Positions 61,601 to 64,000 of a stretch of 64,000 nt of DNA are shown here, piece after piece. The notes beneath the pieces were generated by a model, which did not search any database, was not told where the DNA came from, and saw only the letters and a program-made list of their open reading frames with translations. This DNA comes from TPA_inf: Saccharomyces. Its lineage: Eukaryota. Location: NCBI GenBank assembly GCA_000146045.2, contig BK006939.2, positions 512,875 through 576,874 on the forward strand, in the 5' to 3' direction. The translations under genes were made by a program, and so were the position numbers. How positions within the stretch are numbered: the stretch's first letter is position 1; each line of letters opens with the position of its first letter.

Positions 61601-63651
61601 TGGTGATCATGCTTGATAATAGACTTAATATTATTGAGCTCATTCAAGGCGTAGGGAGACTAAGAGATGGGGGCCTCTGTTATCTATTATCTAGAAAAAA
61701 CAGTTGGGCGGCAAGGAATCGTAAGGGTGAATTACCACCGATTAAGGAAGGCTGTATAACCGAACAGGTACGCGAGTTCTATGGACTTGAATCAAAGAAA
61801 GGAAAAAAGGGCCAGCATGTTGGATGCTGTGGCTCCAGGACAGACCTGTCTGCTGACACAGTGGAACTGATAGAAAGAATGGACAGATTGGCTGAAAAAC
61901 AGGCGACAGCTTCCATGTCGATCGTTGCGTTACCGTCTAGCTTCCAGGAGAGCAATAGCAGTGACAGGTGCAGAAAGTATTGCAGCAGTGATGAGGACAG
62001 CGACACGTGCATTCATGGTAGTGCTAATGCCAGTACCAATGCGACTACCAACTCCAGCACTAATGCTACTACCACTGCCAGCACCAACGTCAGGACTAGT
62101 GCTACTACCACTGCCAGCATCAACGTCAGGACTAGTGCGACTACCACTGAAAGTACCAACTCCAGCACTAATGCTACTACCACTGCCAGCACCAACGTCA
62201 GGACTAGTGCTACTACCACTGCCAGCATCAACGTCAGGACTAGTGCGACTACCACTGAAAGTACCAACTCCAACACTAGTGCTACTACCACCGAAAGTAC
62301 CGACTCCAACACTAGTGCTACTACCACCGAAAGTACCGACTCCAACACTAGTGCTACTACCACTGCTAGCACCAACTCCAGCACTAATGCCACTACCACT
62401 GCTAGCACCAACTCCAGCACTAATGCCACTACCACTGAAAGTACCAACGCTAGTGCCAAGGAGGACGCCAATAAAGATGGCAATGCTGAGGATAATAGAT
62501 TCCATCCAGTCACCGACATTAACAAAGAGTCGTATAAGCGGAAAGGGAGTCAAATGGTTTTGCTAGAGAGAAAGAAACTGAAAGCACAATTTCCCAATAC
62601 TTCCGAGAATATGAATGTCTTACAGTTTCTTGGATTTCGGTCTGACGAAATTAAACATCTTTTCCTCTATGGTATTGACGTATACTTCTGCCCAGAGGGA
62701 GTATTCACACAATACGGATTATGCAAGGGCTGTCAAAAGATGTTCGAGCTCTGTGTCTGTTGGGCTGGCCAGAAAGTATCGTATCGGAGGATGGCTTGGG
62801 AAGCACTAGCTGTGGAGAGAATGCTGCGAAATGACGAGGAATACAAAGAATACTTGGAAGACATCGAGCCATATCATGGGGACCCTGTAGGATATTTGAA
62901 ATATTTTAGCGTAAAAAGGGGAGAGATCTACTCTCAGATACAGAGAAATTATGCTTGGTACCTGGCCATTACTAGAAGAAGAGAAACAATTAGTGTATTG
63001 GATTCGACAAGAGGCAAGCAAGGGAGCCAAGTTTTCCGCATGTCTGGAAGGCAGATCAAAGAGTTGTATTATAAAGTATGGAGCAACTTGCGTGAATCGA
63101 AGACAGAGGTGCTGCAGTACTTTTTGAACTGGGACGAAAAAAAGTGCCGGGAAGAATGGGAGGCAAAAGACGATACGGTCTTTGTGGAAGCGCTCGAGAA
63201 AGTTGGAGTTTTTCAGCGTTTGCGTTCCATGACGAGCGCTGGACTGCAGGGTCCGCAGTACGTCAAGCTGCAGTTTAGCAGGCATCATCGACAGTTGAGG
63301 AGCAGATATGAATTAAGTCTAGGAATGCACTTGCGAGATCAGCTTGCGCTGGGAGTTACCCCATCTAAAGTGCCGCATTGGACGGCATTCCTGTCGATGC
63401 TGATAGGGCTGTTCTGCAATAAAACATTTCGGCAGAAACTGGAATATCTTTTGGAGCAGATTTCGGAGGTGTGGTTGTTACCACATTGGCTTGATTTGGC
63501 AAACGTTGAAGTTCTCGCTGCAGATAACACGAGGGTACCGCTGTACATGCTGATGGTAGCGGTTCACAAAGAGCTGGATAGCGATGATGTTCCAGACGGT
63601 AGATTTGATATATTATTATGTAGAGATTCGAGCAGAGAAGTTGGAGAGTGA
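58606..63651 (+). CDS. YRF1-2: Y'-encoded SF2 DNA helicase (Y'-Help1), 1681 aa
   Basis: Walker [14 protein letters not shown] box, helicase C motifs; internal Ser/Thr/Asn 12-aa tandem repeats; the ATG at 58606 gives 1681 aa. Confidence 0.88.
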   Translation: MVYTLFQVHTLKFNRKDYDTLSLFYLNRGYYNELSFRVLERCHEKASARPNDSSTMRTFTDFVSGAPIVRSLQKSTIRKYGYNLAPYMFLLLHVDELSIFSAYQASLPGEKKVDTERLKRDLCPRKPTEIKYFSQICNDMMNKKDRLGDILHIILRACALNFGAGPRGGAGDEEDRSITNEEPIIPSVDEHGLKVCKLRSPNTPRRLRKTLDAVKALLVSSCACTARDLDIFDDNNGVAMWKWIKILYHEVAQETALKDSYRITLVPSSDGVSVCGKLFNREYVRGFYFACKAQFDNLWEELNDCFYMPTVVDIASLILRNREVLFREPKRGIDEYLENDSFLQMIPVKYREIVLPKLRRDTNKMTAALKNKVTVAIDELTVPLMWMIHFAVGYPYRYPELQLLAFAGPQRNVYVDDTTRRIQLYTDYNKNGSSEPRLKTLDGLTSDYVFYFVTVLRQMQICALGNSYDAFNHDPWMDVVGFEDPDQVTNRDISRIVLYSYMFLNTAKGCLVEYATFRQYMRELPKNAPQKLNFREMRQGLIALGRHCVGSRFETDLYESATSELMANHSVQTGRNIYGVDSFSLTSVSGTTATLLQERASERWIQWLGLESDYHCSFSSTRNAEDVVAGEAASSDHHQKISRVTRKRPREPKSTNDILVAGQKLFGSSFEFRDLHQLRLCHEIYMADTPSVAVQAPPGYGKTELFHLPLIALASKGDVKYVSFLFVPYTVLLANCMIRLSRCGCLNVAPVRNFIEEGCDGVTDLYVGIYDDLASTNFTDRIAAWENIVECTFRTNNVKLGYLIVDEFHNFETEVYRQSQFGGITNLDFDAFEKAIFLSGTAPEAVADAALQRIGLTGLAKKSMDINELKRSEDLSRGLSSYPTRMFNLIKEKSEVPLGHVHKIWKKVESQPEEALKLLLALFEIEPESKAIVVASTTNEVEELACSWRKYFRVVWIHGKLGAAEKVSRTKEFVTDGSMRVLIGTKLVTEGIDIKQLMMVIMLDNRLNIIELIQGVGRLRDGGLCYLLSRKNSWAARNRKGELPPIKEGCITEQVREFYGLESKKGKKGQHVGCCGSRTDLSADTVELIERMDRLAEKQATASMSIVALPSSFQESNSSDRCRKYCSSDEDSDTCIHGSANASTNATTNSSTNATTTASTNVRTSATTTASINVRTSATTTESTNSSTNATTTASTNVRTSATTTASINVRTSATTTESTNSNTSATTTESTDSNTSATTTESTDSNTSATTTASTNSSTNATTTASTNSSTNATTTESTNASAKEDANKDGNAEDNRFHPVTDINKESYKRKGSQMVLLERKKLKAQFPNTSENMNVLQFLGFRSDEIKHLFLYGIDVYFCPEGVFTQYGLCKGCQKMFELCVCWAGQKVSYRRMAWEALAVERMLRNDEEYKEYLEDIEPYHGDPVGYLKYFSVKRGEIYSQIQRNYAWYLAITRRRETISVLDSTRGKQGSQVFRMSGRQIKELYYKVWSNLRESKTEVLQYFLNWDEKKCREEWEAKDDTVFVEALEKVGVFQRLRSMTSAGLQGPQYVKLQFSRHHRQLRSRYELSLGMHLRDQLALGVTPSKVPHWTAFLSMLIGLFCNKTFRQKLEYLLEQISEVWLLPHWLDLANVEVLAADNTRVPLYMLMVAVHKELDSDDVPDGRFDILLCRDSSREVGE
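62026..62460 (+). repeat. 36-nt (12-codon) tandem repeat array, about 12 units, encoding T/S/N-rich repeats inside YRF1-2
   Basis: Recurring units such as accaactccagcactaatgctactaccactgccagc and accaacgtcaggactagtgctactaccactgccagc. Confidence 0.9.
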
Positions 63652-64000
63652 AGGAAATTGTTGTTACGAAAGTCAGTGATTATGTATTGTGTAGTATAGT
63701 ATATTGTAAGAAATTTTTTTTTCTAGGGAATATGCGTTTTGATGTAGTAGTATTTCACTGTTTTGATTTAGTGTTTGTTGCACGGCAGTAGCGAGAGACA
63801 AGTGGGAAAGAGTAGGATAAAAAGACAATCTATAAAAAGTAAACATAAAATAAAGGTAGTAAGTAGCTTTTGGTTGAACATCCGGGTAAGAGACAACAGG
63901 GCTTGGAGGAGACGTACATGAGGGCTATTTAGGGCTATTTAGGGCTATGTAGAAGTGCTGTAGGGCTAAAGAACAGGGTTTCATTTTCATTTTTTTTTTT

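Larger units (their letters stand above)
57470..64000 (+). repeat. Y' subtelomeric element (long class, about 6.5 kb), running to the end of the window
   Basis: Contains the YER189W-like ORF and the full Y'-Help1 (YRF1) helicase ORF with its characteristic 36-nt repeats; proximal boundary is approximate. Confidence 0.8.

Noticed and set aside
62026-62460. CRISPR-like appearance of regular 36-nt repeats
   Set aside because: The repeats are directly tandem with no intervening unique spacers, are in-frame coding sequence of a eukaryotic helicase, and there are no cas genes. They are not a CRISPR array.
61925-62566. 170-213-aa ORFs on both strands across 61925-62566 (YER190C-A-like)
   Set aside because: They are generated by the 36-nt tandem repeat, which is open in several frames. 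They lie entirely within the YRF1-2 CDS.
62806-63288. 160-aa minus-strand ORF inside the YRF1-2 3' region (YER190C-B-like)
   Set aside because: It is antisense to the helicase CDS, and nothing in its sequence supports independent coding.

Overview
This window reads as the right end of Saccharomyces cerevisiae chromosome V, an S288C-like sequence running from inside DNF1 to the distal edge of a Y' subtelomeric element. It is not a prokaryotic accessory region. I found no CRISPR array, operon or defence-island-type system. Positions 1 to about 47.5 kb are a dense, mostly well-known gene array: DNF1 (5' truncated), BCK2, CCA1, RPH1, ADK2, RAD3, BRR2, RAD24, GRX4, TMT1, ECM32, BMH1, PDA1, DMC1 (one 92-nt intron), ISC10, SLO1, then tRNA-Ile(AAU) with two inverted delta-like solo LTRs, FMP10, FAU1, TOG1 and PUG1. 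Beyond that lies subtelomeric DNA: YER186C; a killer-toxin KHS1-like ORF that is a single in-frame TGA short of a 351-codon reading frame; two inverted Ty5-type LTRs (251 bp and 233 bp) flanking a secreted-looking Cys-rich ORF (YER188W); core X with an ARS consensus sequence (ACS) and an Abf1 site; TAGGG-like subtelomeric repeats; and a long Y' element carrying YER189W and the YRF1-2 helicase with its 36-nt Ser/Thr tandem repeat. The window ends inside Y' with no terminal TG1-3 tract. The ORF track uses GTG and TTG as well as ATG starts, so several track ORFs carry spurious N-terminal extensions; I trimmed CDS starts to the first ATG that matches the known protein length. The most interesting points are the stop-interrupted KHS1-like frame, the inverted Ty5 LTR pair around YER188W, a G16 tract with an E-box and a 12-bp inverted repeat upstream of BMH1, and the tRNA-linked Ty insertion hotspot. 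The gene names, the S288C identity and every S288C coordinate offset are from memory only; none were checked against a database.
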